Shown here one piece after another: positions 32,520-46,660 of a stretch of 64,000 bases of DNA. The translations under genes and the position numbers were made by a program. The notes beneath the pieces are model-generated. The model was given only the letters and a program-made list of their open reading frames with translations, was not told the DNA's origin and did no database searches. The stretch spans positions 26,474,001-26,538,000 of the forward strand of contig NW_025964383.1 in NCBI RefSeq assembly GCF_023055435.1. Reading direction: 5' to 3'. The first letter of the stretch is position 1; each line of letters opens with the position of its first letter. The DNA comes from Haliotis rufescens (Eukaryota).

Positions 32520-33430
32520 GGCAAACCTAAGGGAAACCTTCATTCCCTGATCCAGGGTATTTTGTTACATATCGTGCTGACCATTGATACAGTTACATAT
32601 CTATCTTCAGAGGTTCAGAGCAACTTGTCAAAAATGAAAGTTTACTGAGAAAACAATGTATGAAATGCTGGACTTCCTCATTGACAGCATCTATGTTACA
32701 TTTTGGGGAAAGATATTTACGCGAGAAGTAGGCATCCCCATGGGCACCATTTGTGCCCCCCTTCTTGCTGGTCTGTTCTTGCTGGTCTGTTCTTGCTGGT
32801 CTGTTTCTGTCTATGAAGCAGAATTTCTGCTGGGATTGGCAAAATCACAACAAAACAATTTGGCCAAGAAGTTTGAGGTAAGCTTCAAGTATATCGATGA
32901 TGTGATATCGTTCAATAATGGTACATTAGCCAATTCCATTCCATGACTTATCCACCTTCACTAGAAATAAAAGAGATTTGTGAAACCGCCTTCCGCTTCA
33001 TATTTCGATCGATTTGGAGGGATGACTTTATCTTTCCAATAGTCAACGTTCCCTATGTGTCCAGCCTTCAGAGTCATGCCTTTGCTGTCTACATTTCAAT
33101 TTTTGAGGTACAATCGAGCATGTTCTTGCTACGAAAATGTGAAAGAGCGTCATTCGACCCTTGTTCAGGGTGTCAAAGACATTCAAGGCCTTAGTAAAAC
33201 TTTCAAAAAGATTTATGGTAAACATGTAGAGGACATTCCCAAATTTGAGGCACCATTGACAAGAATGATGTCAGATGCAATTCCTTATTGTTTAGACTTG
33301 TACTATATGTCCCCGCATTGTTTCCTTTGAACAGTTAACTTGCCTGTGCATGTGTTTGTGACGGGTGTCAGTGGTTGGGCAGGATACGCTCACTTTTTCG
33401 CGAACCCTGGTATCATCTCTGTTTGATAGT
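32520..33430 (+). mobile_element. Second decayed Penelope-like RT copy
   Basis: MLDFLIDSIYVTF..REVGIPMGTICAPLLAGLFL, FKYIDDVISFNN, YPPSLEIKE, DDFIFPIVN, RYNRACS; same 3' tail as 23580-23760. Confidence 0.8.
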
Positions 33431-33777
33431 GAGTATTATTATTATTATTATTATTATTATTCGTAGTATCATGCTGAGAGACACTTAGAATGAATTCCAC
33501 ACATAACACACAATTTGCGGAATCGAACCCGGGTCTTCAGTGCGACTAGTCAACGCATTCCCAAGGTTATCCGAAGGTCACTTTGTGTCTTTGAAGCTAT
33601 GAATGCTAGCCAAAGCATTGTATAGTCTGTAGAAATTGAGTGAGTGAAAGGTATCACGTCATTTCAGCTTTAGGCCTGGTGGTTAAAGCGTGAGCTCGTC
33701 ACGCCACAGGCCTGAGTTCGAGACCTCACATGGATACAGGGTAACATATCTGGTGTCTCTTTGCCTTGTTATAGCTG

Positions 33778-34131
33778 GACCGTCTCCGTGGTCTAGTGGT
33801 AGAGCGTCCGCCCGGAGAGCGGAAGGTCCGGGGTTCGATCCCCGGCTGCGTCATACCAAAAGACGTTAATAGATGGTACTCGTTGTTACCCTGTCTGGCG
33901 CTCGGCATTAAGGGGCTAAAACAAGGACTGGTCGGCTCGGAGTCAGTATACTGTGTCTGAGTTGGATATTCATGTTAAACTGCGGCATGGTATCTCAGTG
34001 AGCTAGCACTATAAATCGGCATCAGTCCGGACTAGTACAAGCAGCCACACACACACACACGTACATGCACGTCGCTATATAAGTGCAATAATCTTGGACA
34101 CGACGTTAAACCCCATTTCACCTCACCTCAC
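33778..34131 (+). mobile_element. SINE family D inserted into an old family A copy
   Basis: Full length, TSD ccttgttatagct. Confidence 0.9.
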
Positions 34132-35204
34132 CTTGTTATAGCTAGAATATTGTTAAAAGATACGACAAACTGTTGTTTGAGTCACTCTATTTTAACAACT
34201 AAAGGGGTATCAATGAACATAAAAATGGCCACATTTCTTCTTGTGGGCCTTTGAAGCTTTTTGTCCAGTAAAGTATATTTTAGTTGAATGCCATATTAAG
34301 TTTCTTACAAACCATAATACCAGCAAGCCAAGCGCAATCCCCTCTGATCCTGTTTTAATCAGGGCGTCAGGTTTCTTAGAAAATCAGTTCTTAACCATAA
34401 ATGCCTTAATACATTTATGGGCACAGGATTACCGTGGAAAAGTACATCCGTGTAGAATGACGCCAGTGTTCTCAACGTCCACCATCACACACGTACATGA
34501 TAAATAGAACCGTCCCGGAAACATAATACATTTGTGTCTCATACATGATGGCTGTTGTCATTGACAGGAAACAAATCGAGATATAAATGACGAATTTGTA
34601 ACATATTTACTGATGCAATATTGTGCGTGCATGACTATAGCAACACATCTCAATGACCATAACAATGCTATGCTTTGATCAAATGTGAAAACTGAAACTG
34701 TGGCAGAAGTTGCTTTTAAAGGAACACACCGAACACATAACAAAACTTACAATGCTCAGTCAGTTGACAAACAAGGGTGCTCTAATGCCACAAAAAGTGC
34801 AGAGCGATCCATATGACTGAGCCTCGGTGTATAATTGGCCAGAATGGCAGAGCAAAGCCTAACAACACACTGCTAGAAATGTTTTTTCGCTTGACTGAAG
34901 ATCCGCGGTCGCGGGGTTCAAACATGACACGATTCCCAAGGGAATAGACAGATTGTAGCACCTGAACTAGACGTGTCTTTTTATCAATGTGTGTCGATAT
35001 TAATTGCCAAAGAGCACTTTCGTTGAATATGATAATAATCCGTATTGTAAGGGCCACCTGTACAGAAATATGCTTTGGGAGGTCAGCAGTACTTCTTTAC
35101 AACATTGTGATATCTTAAGGACTTGTGTTAATTTTTTTTATCGCATGACATGACATGACATGACATCACATGACATCACATGACATCACATAACATGATG
35201 TTTG

Positions 35205-35378
35205 TTTTCGTTTGTTTGTTTGTTGTCTAACGCCGCACTCAGCAACGTTCCAGCTATATGACGACGGTCTGTAAATAATCAAGTCTGGACCAGACAATCC
35301 AGTGATTGAGATCATGAGCATCGATCTACACAATTGAGATACGATGACATGCATCAACCTAGTCAGCGATCCTGACCA
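35205..35378 (-). mobile_element. Family B 3' fragment inside pentanucleotide microsatellites
   Basis: Flanked by (CATGA)n at 35143-35195 and (GCATA)n at 35395-35490. Confidence 0.78.
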
Positions 35379-35994
35379 ACATAACATAATGATTAGCATA
35401 GCATAGCATAGCATAGCATAGCATAGCATAGCATAGCATAGCATAGCATAGCATAGCATAGCATAGCATAGCATAGCATAGCATAGCATAATGCTCCCTA
35501 CAGTTGGCTATGATTTATGGAGCGGTGCTGATATATTCGTTATCCTAACACACTCTGGTGAAATACGGGGACTACACTTGCACGTTAATTTCAAATATGT
35601 GCAGAATTTGTGATAATGCTTGAATATCCTAATTATATTTTTTACACTCCGTCTTTTGTGGTTTTACAGTTCGATGATACTACGTGACGCAATAATTAAC
35701 CAATTCATTAACATAATTAACCAGTGAGCAACGACGGCCGTGTAAATCGTCACAGTTTATCGTGCGAAATATTCCAAGCAAACCTCGTTAACTCGAAGTC
35801 GATGGTTATACATGCATATATCGAACCATTCGTAGTATCAGAGTGTCGACATGTGACCATAGCGCTGATAAGGATTCTCTTTGGAAAAAGGGGTATTGTT
35901 ATATGTCGTAATTTGTACACTGTCGTCTGTGACTTTTGAGGGATAATTTTTGTTTATGGCGTAAAATGTAACTTAAGGCAGAATCTAAATACTT

Positions 35995-36337
35995 AAGGTG
36001 AAGTGAGGTTAAATGGGGTTTGACGTCGCGTTCAAGATTATTGCACTTATATAGCGACGTGCATGTACGTGTGTGTGTGTGTGGCTGCTTGTACTAATCC
36101 GGACTGAGGCTAGCACACTGAGATACCATGCCGCGGTTTAACATGAATACCCAACTCAGACACAGTATACTGACTCTGAGCCGACCAGTCCTTGTTTAGC
36201 CCCTTAATGCCGAGTGCCAGACAGGGTAACAACAAGTGCCATCTTTTCACGTCTTTTGGTATGAAGCGGCCGGGGATCGAACCCCGGACCTTCCGCTCTC
36301 CGGGCGGAAGCTCTACCTCTAGACCACGGAGGCGGTC
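35995..36337 (-). mobile_element. SINE family D
   Basis: Full length. Confidence 0.85.
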
Positions 36338-37269
36338 ACACTTTAGAAATTAACATTATATAACGCTAATGAAAACAGATATTTGTACATGTATCTTTTA
36401 GTTACTAAATATGAGTTATCAGTTCATTTGACTTTTGAAATTGACGACCACTTATTATTTGAATCAGTGTACAGGGCTTCACGGAATTATTTATATTTGG
36501 GGATCATTAAGAACGTTACTAAGTCCAAATTAATAGTTGACCATCAGTGCTTATTTTTCTATCATCAAGAAATATTGTTGACAATGTGATGAATCCCATT
36601 TTGAAACGATAGAATCCACACGTGTCCAGTAGTGACCATGGATAGTGCAAAGCTATGATGCATTACATGATGACGTAAGCGGAAACCAACGAAGTGTCCT
36701 CAAACAGAAACCTCGGTGTGTTTGAACGTCTTCGCTGTACCTCGACTACATAAGGCTGGTGTACCCTACAATACACTAACAAATGAGTTTGATAAGCCAA
36801 CAGAAGAGAGTGGACCCACTTCTATGGAATCACGGTCTTCCGTGTGTTTAGTCAATCTTGGCACCTCTTCCCTAGGCTGCGCTATGCTGTTAGCAAATGT
36901 AATCGCTTGGAGCTGTATTGAAGCCACTCAGCTCAGCCTTGCAAATGCTGCCTGAGCACTAATTAGGAAGTTAAGCGTGGAGATGGAGACACTCCCCCAA
37001 ATGCTGGACACTGTGAACTGTCTATTCCAGTACACATGCTAAAGTTGTACAATATCCAATACCAGGTTTGTCGTAGATCTTTATAAAAATAAGTTTTACT
37101 TTGAAATACATCAATCGCTAAAAGCAAATTCATACACGTGAAAAAAATCAATTGTTGGTACACCCATGAATATATGATACCTGTGCAAATAAATTTGCTT
37201 GTTATCATTTTAAAGAATAAGATTAAGGTACGTGTGTACCATGGAACAACAGCATTATTATACTTTTGT

Positions 37270-38030
37270 AAATGAAATGTAATGCGGCTAAAATGCTAGG
37301 TCTTAGTACATTTCCTTGTTGTACTCCTTCTTTGATAAAATCAATTGAGTATTTGAAACGTTTTAAGTCTAGAACATTTATCAACAGTCTACAAATCGCC
37401 TTATTATCCTACGATCAAACTTTAGGTTTCAAATTACAGACAACTGGCAGGAATAGTCACTCAGTGCTCGTTACCGTTATCTCAGTTCATTGCTGGAATC
37501 TAATGTTTAAACAGTCACTACACGGGAATACTTTACGAGTCCGATAAGGTGCTGTTAATTGCAGGTTGAGGGTGACTGTGAAGAGTTTATGGGTCGAGAG
37601 ACCCCTAATAACCTCTTGTGTTAAGTACTTTCTCTAACACTTTCTTGTAACAATGGGTGTAACTTGTATGCCTGACACAAAAATACTAACCACCTCATAA
37701 TAGGTTACAGTGCTAAAACATTTGTCTTCTTGCTCAATAGCAATTATAGGTTTTAGCATGTGTTGAGTGCACAACAATGACACAGTTGGCACAGCAGGTG
37801 AAAACAAAGGGGATATATTGGCATATTTGCAGGCTAGTTTCGAATACATCAACATAGTTCAGACTAAACATACATTTTAGGTTAGCTGAACACATAAACA
37901 ACGATGTTTGCTAAAATGGCTCGAAAACAATGTCATGTTTAATATTGTCAAATGTATACTTTCTATATTTCTTTGTATATCTGAGAATCGTTTTGGAAGA
38001 TTATTGAGGAAGGGAACGATATTACTCATA
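37270..38030 (-). mobile_element. Highly decayed LINE RT fragment
   Basis: Minus-strand KEGVQQGNVLRPSI at about 37290-37335 (QGxxLSP-like motif); many stops. Confidence 0.4.
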
Positions 38031-39247
38031 TACGTTATCGAGCATGGAGATGAGGAGGACGAGGAGGAGTAAATGATTAATGGTTTGTACTTTTGCAGAG
38101 CATGGCGTGCCCTTCTTGCGAACACCCGGTGTCATTACTGATTTTCAGAGATCCATTCGTATAATTGTCACCGATATTTTGCCTTTTACGCCCAATGAAA
38201 TCTGTTTCGGCAGAAAATCGAGACATATATTATTCTCTGGCTTTGGCATTTTATATGTATACTTATGACATACGATGACTGCTCACAGCCCTGTTTAGAA
38301 TATCAAATGAGTATTCAAACCCCGTATGATCCAAATTTGTCAAACATAGATGTCATATAGTAATCTATTAAGGAACTGCATATATTTGTGAAGTCTATAA
38401 ATATGTCATCAATTAACAACAAACATATTTGAAATGTCCATTTAATTAGGAGAATTATCTCAGAAAATGTCTCGTCGTCCCAATCACTCAATATTTCATC
38501 GAAATCTCCGATGTGGAAGTCAGGGTAAATTTCCATCTGTTCCTTCATGTTGATGATTTCAAAAATAGTTCCATTAATTAATGTATACATACACGGTGAT
38601 GAGACCCCAAAAATGCAGCGATGTTATGCTCATTCGACAACACTTTTTAACCAATCAGATCAGAGAACATACCTACTTTTATGTTACAATGTACCTAATC
38701 AATGCATGAAACTAGTGTTTCTTACACTTGACACATTGTAAAGCTCATGACATAGCACTGCATCGAAACTGAGCAGACCACTTTGTTTAAATTTAACAAA
38801 GGGAACATCCTAAAATTTCTATGTACAAATTCCTGGTAAGGTTGAATAAAACGTGGCAAGGACATGTGTCATTTGAGGAGGTACTTCTGTATCTTGAATC
38901 TTGAATCTTAGATCACGCTCCTGATATGATGTTCTGTGTAACGACAATGGAACACACTTGTAGAAAGCATGTTGTAAAGGTATGTTTTCAATGAACTATT
39001 TGGCTGAGGAATTCAAACGTTTGTCTCACTGTTGACATTATCAGCGAATAAATCATGAACCGATTGGGATTAGATCTTAGGGTAAACTTGTACAAGTTCG
39101 TATACAGTTGAAAGGTATGCATCTTTTTAATAGGTGAAAATATATGGTTGAATATGAAACCCACCGATTACAATGTATTTAATGGTACCAGCTTTTTCAG
39201 GTATGAACATGCACACTAGAAATGATGGAAAGAGTTTATGAAACAAT

Positions 39248-39598
39248 GTTTGTTTGTTTGTTGTTTTACGCCGCACTCAGCAATTTTCCAGCTATATGAC
39301 GGGGGTCTGTAAATAATTGAGTTTGGACCAGACAATGCAGTAATTGACATCATGAGCAATTGGGATCGATGACATGCATCAACCAAGTCAGCAAGCCTTA
39401 CCACCCGATCCCGTTAGTCGCCTCTTTCGACAAGCATAGTCGCCTTTGACGGCAAGCATGGGTTGCTGAAGACCTGTTCTACCCCGGATCCACGGGCCTT
39501 GAGATGAGATTATCTTTTCAGCGACATGTTACAAATGCCAATAAGTACAGATAAATGAGGAGGGACATCTTATATTTTTCTGTCATTAGATACGTGAA
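39248..39598 (-). mobile_element. Family B with the same ~95-nt extension as 26090-26187
   Basis: gatgagattatcttttcagcgacatgt...gtcattaga.acgtgaac is shared. Confidence 0.8.
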
Positions 39599-39695
39599 CG
39601 TTTCTGAGTCATACGTTAAAAACGAAGGAAGCTGACTGGTTTAATCCTACCTGAAATATAATCATTTAAAAGGTTAGAGCCATCTCTGAAGGTAA

Positions 39696-39847
39696 GGGGC
39701 TGTCGGGTAGCCTTGTGGTTAAAGCGTTCACTCGTCACCCCGAAGACCCGGGTTCGATTCCCGACATGGGTACAATGTGTGAAGCCCATTTCTGGTGTCC
39801 CCCGCCGTGATATTGCTGGACTATTGCTAAAACCATACTCACTCACT
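39696..39847 (+). mobile_element. SINE family A
   Basis: TSD ctgaaggtaa. Confidence 0.85.
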
Positions 39848-40502
39848 GAAGGTAAACGATGTAAATTATTTGAAGTCCTGAGACAAAAGAACCGAAAAGA
39901 ATAAAACATTCCCTGTGCCTTATCTTAGGAAATTTTCAGAACGAAGACAAAGGAAGGTTTAAAGTTTTGCTTCTAAGATCGATAATCCCCCAGGTAGTCG
40001 CGATGAACCCGAATGGCCAAGGTCCAGTTGAGTCCAGAGAAGGAAGTGACCACCGCACTGGCAATAATGTTTGTTCCACTCAAATCTCGCTTTGTTCTCA
40101 CCTACCTGTGTCCAACACTTGTGTTTGCCTGATATCTCCACACAATCGGATTAGAAGAGAAATCCTCTTGTTCTCACATTGTTTCTAAATCTCTGATGTT
40201 GAGTCGGAGTTCAATGCGGTCAGAGACACCGAAGATTTGTGACTGGACGGTGCCATAGTAAAATACCAGGATGAATGGAAGTTTGTGAGTGAAATTCTTA
40301 AATGTTGACAAGGGAAGTTAAGTAGGTGTTCATTTGATCAAATCATTAGACACATATTCCGGTGGATCATTGACAGAAGTCCTGGTTGCACAATTTTCCC
40401 ATGGTGGTCCATTGCACTTTCGAACAGGGACGCATGGATTAGGACCCAGACATGTCCTGAATAACATTATTAAAATAGGTAATATTTATTTCCATACTTG
40501 TG

Positions 40503-40740
40503 NNNNNNNNNNNNNNNNNNNNNNNNNNNNNNNNNNNNNNNNNNNNNNNNNNNNNNNNNNNNNNNNNNNNNNNNNNNNNNNNNNNNNNNNNNNNNNNNNN
40601 NNNNNNNNNNNNNNNNNNNNNNNNNNNNNNNNNNNNNNNNNNNNNNNNNNNNNNNNNNNNNNNNNNNNNNNNNNNNNNNNNNNNNNNNNNNNNNNNNNNN
40701 NNNNNNNNNNNNNNNNNNNNNNNNNNNNNNNNNNNNNNNN
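40503..40740. other. Assembly gap (N)
   Basis: Run of n. Confidence 0.99.
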
Positions 40741-41149
40741 CGATGGTATTTTGTGTATGTTTTTTGCCAGAATATAAATTATCAGATTGAACACGTGACA
40801 TGTAGTCATTCATACAGGTTTAAGTAAGTAAGAACGTGAACAAATCTTAGACATATTATCGTAATTAAAGTGATTCTTTTCAACGCTCTGAACGAAAAGT
40901 TATTTATCATAATTTTTACTTTATTCGTGTTAGTCATTCTGATCGTTATGAAGTAATGAGGTCATTCCTCGGGAGTGGCCTGGAAGTTCACTAATATCAC
41001 CTTATGCTGTACAGACAGAAGTGGATGACATGTTAGACACGACTGATCAGTTGCCATCAATAATGTCATACCACACCTTAGATCACCAAACAACACACTT
41101 ACGTACGTCATTACTATGTGGAGATATATTCAACGTTGTGTCAGGACCC

Positions 41150-41370
41150 AAAGGCTTAATTAGGAGTAAGACAGGTCTGGAGTAAGGTGAACCACTGATG
41201 CACTCTATGCTCTAGCAGCGTATCCAGTTGAGAAAGGATAGGTAGAAACATCATGACATATTTGTTTAACGACACGTTAACGACCAGGATGCCATTTCGA
41301 ACGATGAATCCCAACATCTTCTTTTTTACTTCTTGTAATGCATTTACGATATAGACATACATGTATCTGA
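41150..41370 (-). mobile_element. Decayed CR1/L2-like LINE fragment
   Basis: KKMLGFIVRN...Y...PIL resembles the A.K.LG.I.RN...LY...RPILEY region downstream of RT. Confidence 0.35.
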
Positions 41371-41590
41371 GGATGAATGTAAATAAATATGGTTCTCAAA
41401 AATATATCTTATTAGAAAAGGTGCACACGTTACTTCTCTAAATTATTGAGGTTCATGAATTACCAATAATTCAACTTGGTTTACAAACCTACAAACAAGC
41501 ATTTTGAACTTCAAACATCCTCAAATCCTGATTCTGAAAACATTGAAATCCCCTCTAGTGAGTGGTAACAAATCATGTACCTGTTCTCAC

Positions 41591-41830
41591 CTGTAATTAG
41601 CCGTGTCACGCTATTACTGTATTGTTAAGCCCGACGTTGTGTCAGGTGTTAGCCTTTGTGTTCTTACTCAGGAGGGGGTATTCCACTGAAGCAAGGAGGC
41701 CCTTATGCAATGTAGTCTCGGTCCCCATGGTAGTGACATGTGTTGTTCTGCTTGCTGGTGAGAGAGAGGTGTGAGGGCGAATGGAAGGACGGGTGTTAGA
41801 TGGGGTGGTGAATGGATCTACCACACCGCG
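41591..41830 (-). other. Candidate exon (RGVVDPFTTP...KANT* followed by a donor); UTR or non-coding exon possible
   Basis: ataacag acceptor, CAG|gtgaga donor, GC-richer than its flanks. Confidence 0.3.
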
Positions 41831-41934
41831 CTGTTATATAACAAGGCGTGAAACATTAAGCTTAAGTCACGTGGATTGCACTGGAACTTCGTTTGATCAT
41901 ACATAAAGCAGATGATAAAATAGAAGGATATGTG

Positions 41935-42027
41935 ATTACTACTACTGCTACTGATGCTACTACCGCTGCTGCTGCCACTACTGCTAATGTTGATACTACT
42001 ACATAGCTGTTACCACCACCACTACTA

Positions 42028-42090
<63 letters not shown>

Positions 42091-42190
42091 CTCTGGAGGT
42101 GGCCGTGGTGGTGCTGCTACTATTTCTACTGCTGATTCTGCTACTACTGCTACAACTACTACAACTACACATGCCAACTACTACAACACG
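41935..42190. repeat. (CTA)n-rich microsatellite
   Basis: Read directly from the sequence. Confidence 0.92.
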
Positions 42191-42808
42191 AAGAGAAGAA
42201 CAAGAAGAAAATAAAGTGTATACAAATAAAGACGTATCAAATCCATTTAAGCAAACGTCCTGGGCACGTTGTCGTGTAATCAAAACTATACGACTGTCAC
42301 ATTAGCGTTAGCACAGACATACGATAGCCACATAGATCCGGTCTATGTAGGGAAGGTGCCTCCATCAAGAAACCAAGTTCATACCTATGACAATAGAAAG
42401 CCATTCCCAAGTTTTGTTATTCCAAACCTAACATTTCTATAATTAATAACTAGGTATTCCTGCGCATGACATTGAAACAAGCAAATATTTTCTGGTAGAA
42501 GTGTCTACTCCTCTCGCTGACATCTACAAGAAAACGTCACTTTAAAAACTTTTATACAGCTCCGCAGCGTTCAATTTTTTGGCACGTGATTGTGTCCATA
42601 GCCACATAATGCTGAATTGCAAAAAAACTTTTTTTTATACCTGTCCGTGCTTTATTGTGAAATAATAAAGAAATTGAATGCATGTATTCTTCTGCAAGAA
42701 CAGATTGAAAGAATGTACCTCTTGTTTCTTTGTTGACTTCTGATTCAAAATGTCTCTTTAAGATAGTTTACGTCAATGTATATATCAAAAAACATTGTGC
42801 CCCTCCCC

Positions 42809-42839
<31 letters not shown>

Positions 42840-43686
42840 ACACCCCAACCCCCCCAGAGAAACTGCATATACTCCAAATGACCTCGACGACTTAAGTCAA
42901 CTTATTTCAATCAACACTAACATTTGACCTACGAAACTTGATCCATTATTGTAAATACATAATTTTGTGTTGAATATTTGTTCTTCCAGGAAGCTCTGGA
43001 ACCTAACTCCGCATAACTCGATTTCCTCTTAGCTTCAACATTCGATTTTTCGCGACATTTTAAAAAATATTTGTTAGTCGAATTATTTAGCATTCACGTC
43101 ACTGTCAAACTTTACATTTTAACATTTGGGATCGAACAAACAAATACTTGTTGTGATTGCAAGTCGTATTGTTGGAAATAATTTTAATATGCGGAAGTGA
43201 CACGACTCAAATTGATGGACTTGGTATGTGTTGAGTAATGCAGTCAAACATTACTTTCTCAAATTCCAATGACGGTTTCAGCTGGCGGGCACACATTCAA
43301 GGCGTTATTCAGTGCAGGCTTCCATTTCTAGATGCAGAATCCACAAGCAAACACATCGGCAGCACAATTGATATTCAAGTGAAGACAGCATAGACTTACA
43401 CTTTGTCTCGAAACCGAATAAACGTGCACATTTAAATTTACTCCCAATATAATATACACAGTATTGTTTTCTTTAGGCACGAAACATCACTAAAATAATA
43501 ACGACATAGACTTACAACTCAACCGAACAAAGGTATTCTTAAACATATTTTGCATATTTATTTTACAAATATAAACATGAAACATATTTGTATTGAACAT
43601 AAGTAAGACCCATGTAATAATAATATCATATCAACCAATATCAAATCATTTCAGTAGGTGACTAGTCGTCAAAGGCGCGAGGGTAC

Positions 43687-43775
43687 GAGTCCAAGATTTG
43701 CTTTGTCAGAGTCCAAGATTTGCTTTGTCAGAGTCCAAGATTTGCTTTGTCAGAGTCCAAGATTTGCTTTGTCAG
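43687..43775. repeat. 22-bp x4 tandem in a family C remnant
   Basis: gagtccaagatttgctttgtca x4, followed by gcaccata as in family C. Confidence 0.85.
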
Positions 43776-43940
43776 CACCATACCTCTCTGGTCTGTCCAG
43801 AATCATCATATACTGACTTCAATATTGACGCCTAGACATGACTTCAGTATATCTTCCTTTGCTAGTTCGGTATGAATTTGTAAATGTCTTCACCAGTGTG
43901 TCCGATATATATGTGATGAACCATCCTTCACAAAGAGGTA

Positions 43941-44100
43941 GGGGCGGTCGGGTAGCCTGGTGGTTAAAGCGTTCGCTCGTCACGCCGAAGACCCGGGTTC
44001 GTTTACCGACATGGGTACAATGTGTGAAGCCCATTTCTGGTGTCCCCCGCCATGATATTGCTGGAATATTGCTAAAAGCGATGTAAAACCATACTCACTC
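43941..44100 (+). mobile_element. SINE family A
   Basis: TSD cacaaagaggta. Confidence 0.88.
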
Positions 44101-44918
44101 ACAAAGAGGTATGGTTGTTCATATATCCAAACACACATAAATAAAAGGTTTATGCAGTTAAATATGAAAAAACCCACCTCCTTTAGATAATTTACTCACT
44201 GACAAAATTTTATATATGCACATTTTCTTTTTGTGGATAGTATATAAACATCACTAGGCACCAAAAGAAACTACATAAGAAATGTATACACAGTTTGTTT
44301 TTTTTGTCGGCGAGTACAAATATATGTCGTGATCTCTACAGAGTCTAATAACAACCCTCGAAAAATATGACTTCCATATTTGAGGCACGCGAACGGGTTT
44401 TGATTGTTTTGTGTCACAGCATAGGAATTCATAAGCAAAAAACAAACAGCAAGAGACACTGGCCGGGCTTTATGGATTCCACAGATTAAGTCTACGCAAC
44501 TCAGACAATTCAACTGTCGGATTCCTTACACGAATGAATGGAATTCCATTGTATCCTTTGTAGGAGAATCGAGAAAACCCAACTGGGTATTTGGGCATTG
44601 GGCATGTCTGCCATGTATTCTTTATAGAAATAGGATAAGGCTTAAGAAATGAAAGCACCACTTACACACGGGTGAACTGTGTTCTTGCTTACTGGTGGAA
44701 CATGCTTAAAATACATCTGGATGAGAGCGTGTTCAAAAGTTCATAGCGTTATTGAAATGAATAATACCATTGATGACCTTCGTGGTTCTTGTAGGAAGGT
44801 GGTATTCAGTGACAGAACGTATGACTTATATTGACTAGAATGAGAACGTTAACACCTATATCAAACACGTGTTTGTAATCGTATTGCTTCATGTATAAAT
44901 CAAGGTTCTCTTCATGTG

Positions 44919-45198
44919 AGTGAGTGAGCGAGTTTGGTTTAACGCTGCTTTTAACAGTATTCCAGTTATATCGCGGCGTGTCAGCTTAATGTGGGAGGAA
45001 AGCCCGAAGTGATGCAGGTCTCAGACGTTTGACACTTCGGTGAAATCCACGAACACGGGTATGTGCTGACAAACCTAGAAACATAATCGGGGTGAACCGG
45101 GATTCGAACCCGCAATCATAGGTTTCTGGCGTGCCCAAGGGACGCAACTCTGCACAGCGAATTGCGGCGCCTTAGACGACTGGGCCACCCGTGCCCCC
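44919..45198 (-). mobile_element. SINE family C flanked by a ~135-bp direct duplication
   Basis: Full length. Confidence 0.88.
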
Positions 45199-45959
45199 GG
45201 TTCTTGCAGGAAGGTGGTATTCAATGAAAGAACGTATGACTTATGTTGACTAGAATGAGAACGTTAAAACCTATATTACACGTTTGTAATACATGTAGTA
45301 TTGCTTCATGTATAAATCAAGGTTCTCTTTATGTGTGCGAAGTGATATACGCATGCATGTCTTAGTGAGTTAATTTCGTGCTAACATTTATATATCATAG
45401 ATGCACATTCAGATATGGTAGCAAGTTTTCAATTGATCGTGATGAAATGCCATTTTCATTTCAGTTCTGAAGGGTTCTCCTGTATGCTGTTTCGAAGGAA
45501 GGGAGAATATTTGCATGCTATAAAGCGTGCCCGTGCCTACTTCATGGAAACCTGATACTGAGCAAAACATCTACAAAGTTGAACACATGACCCTGGCCTC
45601 ACGTTTAACGACACAAATGACAAAAAAACCTGTTGATGCAACGCTTCATGAAACGCACACACTCAATCTTCAGCGTTGGCACGACGTCGGTCTCATGACA
45701 TGGTGTTCTTGTATAACTTAGATATTAGCTTTGGGAAGTCACCAGTGTTTTAAATTAAGAATACGTGTAAGTCATACACGTTTTGAAGCATGTGAGATCT
45801 GTATGTTAATACGGTACTTGATCATCATTGCATCTTTAAATCTTGTTCGATTCCTATACGACGTACTCCCTGAAGTAGTCAGGCATATATGGATATGAGG
45901 ATAGCCGATCACGTGGGCGAGTGACGAAGTTACAAGTGTATTGTGACATCGCTAAGCCA

Positions 45960-46660
45960 TGTTATACCATGTTACATCGCCAATAATTATTGTGCCAAAT
46001 ATGTAGTTGCATCTGTCAAGAGTAAAATGTATGATATATTTCGTACAAAGTGGAGTGAGGATGTGTGTCAGCCACAAAGTGTAAATGGTACAGGAGGAAA
46101 CAAATTAAGAATGTTTTCTAATTTTAAGTATTTTCCAAATTGTGAGTTTTATGTTAGTAATTTTATGCCTCGTTCTTATAGACGAGCAAATGCTAGTTTT
46201 AGAAGTGGAACAGCCCCTATACGGATTGAGACGGGACGATACGATGGCACAGTTTTGAATGAGAGATATTGTTTTTCATGTCAGAATATTTTAGAAGATG
46301 AATGCCATGTTTTACTTAAATGTCCTTTATACAATGTTGAGAGATCCCAGTTACTTGATCTATGTTTTAACACTTGTCCAAATTTTGATATTTTACCTTT
46401 GAAAAGTTGTTTTATACTGTCCAGCCATGGTGTTTGCTATGTTAGGGCCAAGACCTGCTATTATATTTTAAAGAAAATAAAAGAAATTTTATATCGTTGT
46501 TAAACATGTTGTTTATATACTCTTATATATATATATCTGTATATATGTGTAAATAGTATATATAGTCTCTCATAACTCCATGTGGAGTGGCTCACATTTT
46601 AATAAGATGCTGTATTTTATAATGTACATTTATGAGGTGAGACTTAATTAAAAATATGTC
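45960..46660 (+). mobile_element. 3' end of a non-LTR retrotransposon ORF2 (RTEX-like C-terminus)
   Basis: KLRMFSNFK..EFYV, FRSGTAPIRIETGRY, ERYCFSC..LEDECHVLLKCPLY (CCHC); 5'-truncated. Confidence 0.75.

Noticed and set aside
38315-40480. Acidic 91-aa ORF and a GGLSI-containing fragment (possible L1/Tx1 relic)
   Set aside because: Similarity too weak to call without a database search.
40334-40827. ORFs spanning X runs
   Set aside because: Artefacts of the N gap.
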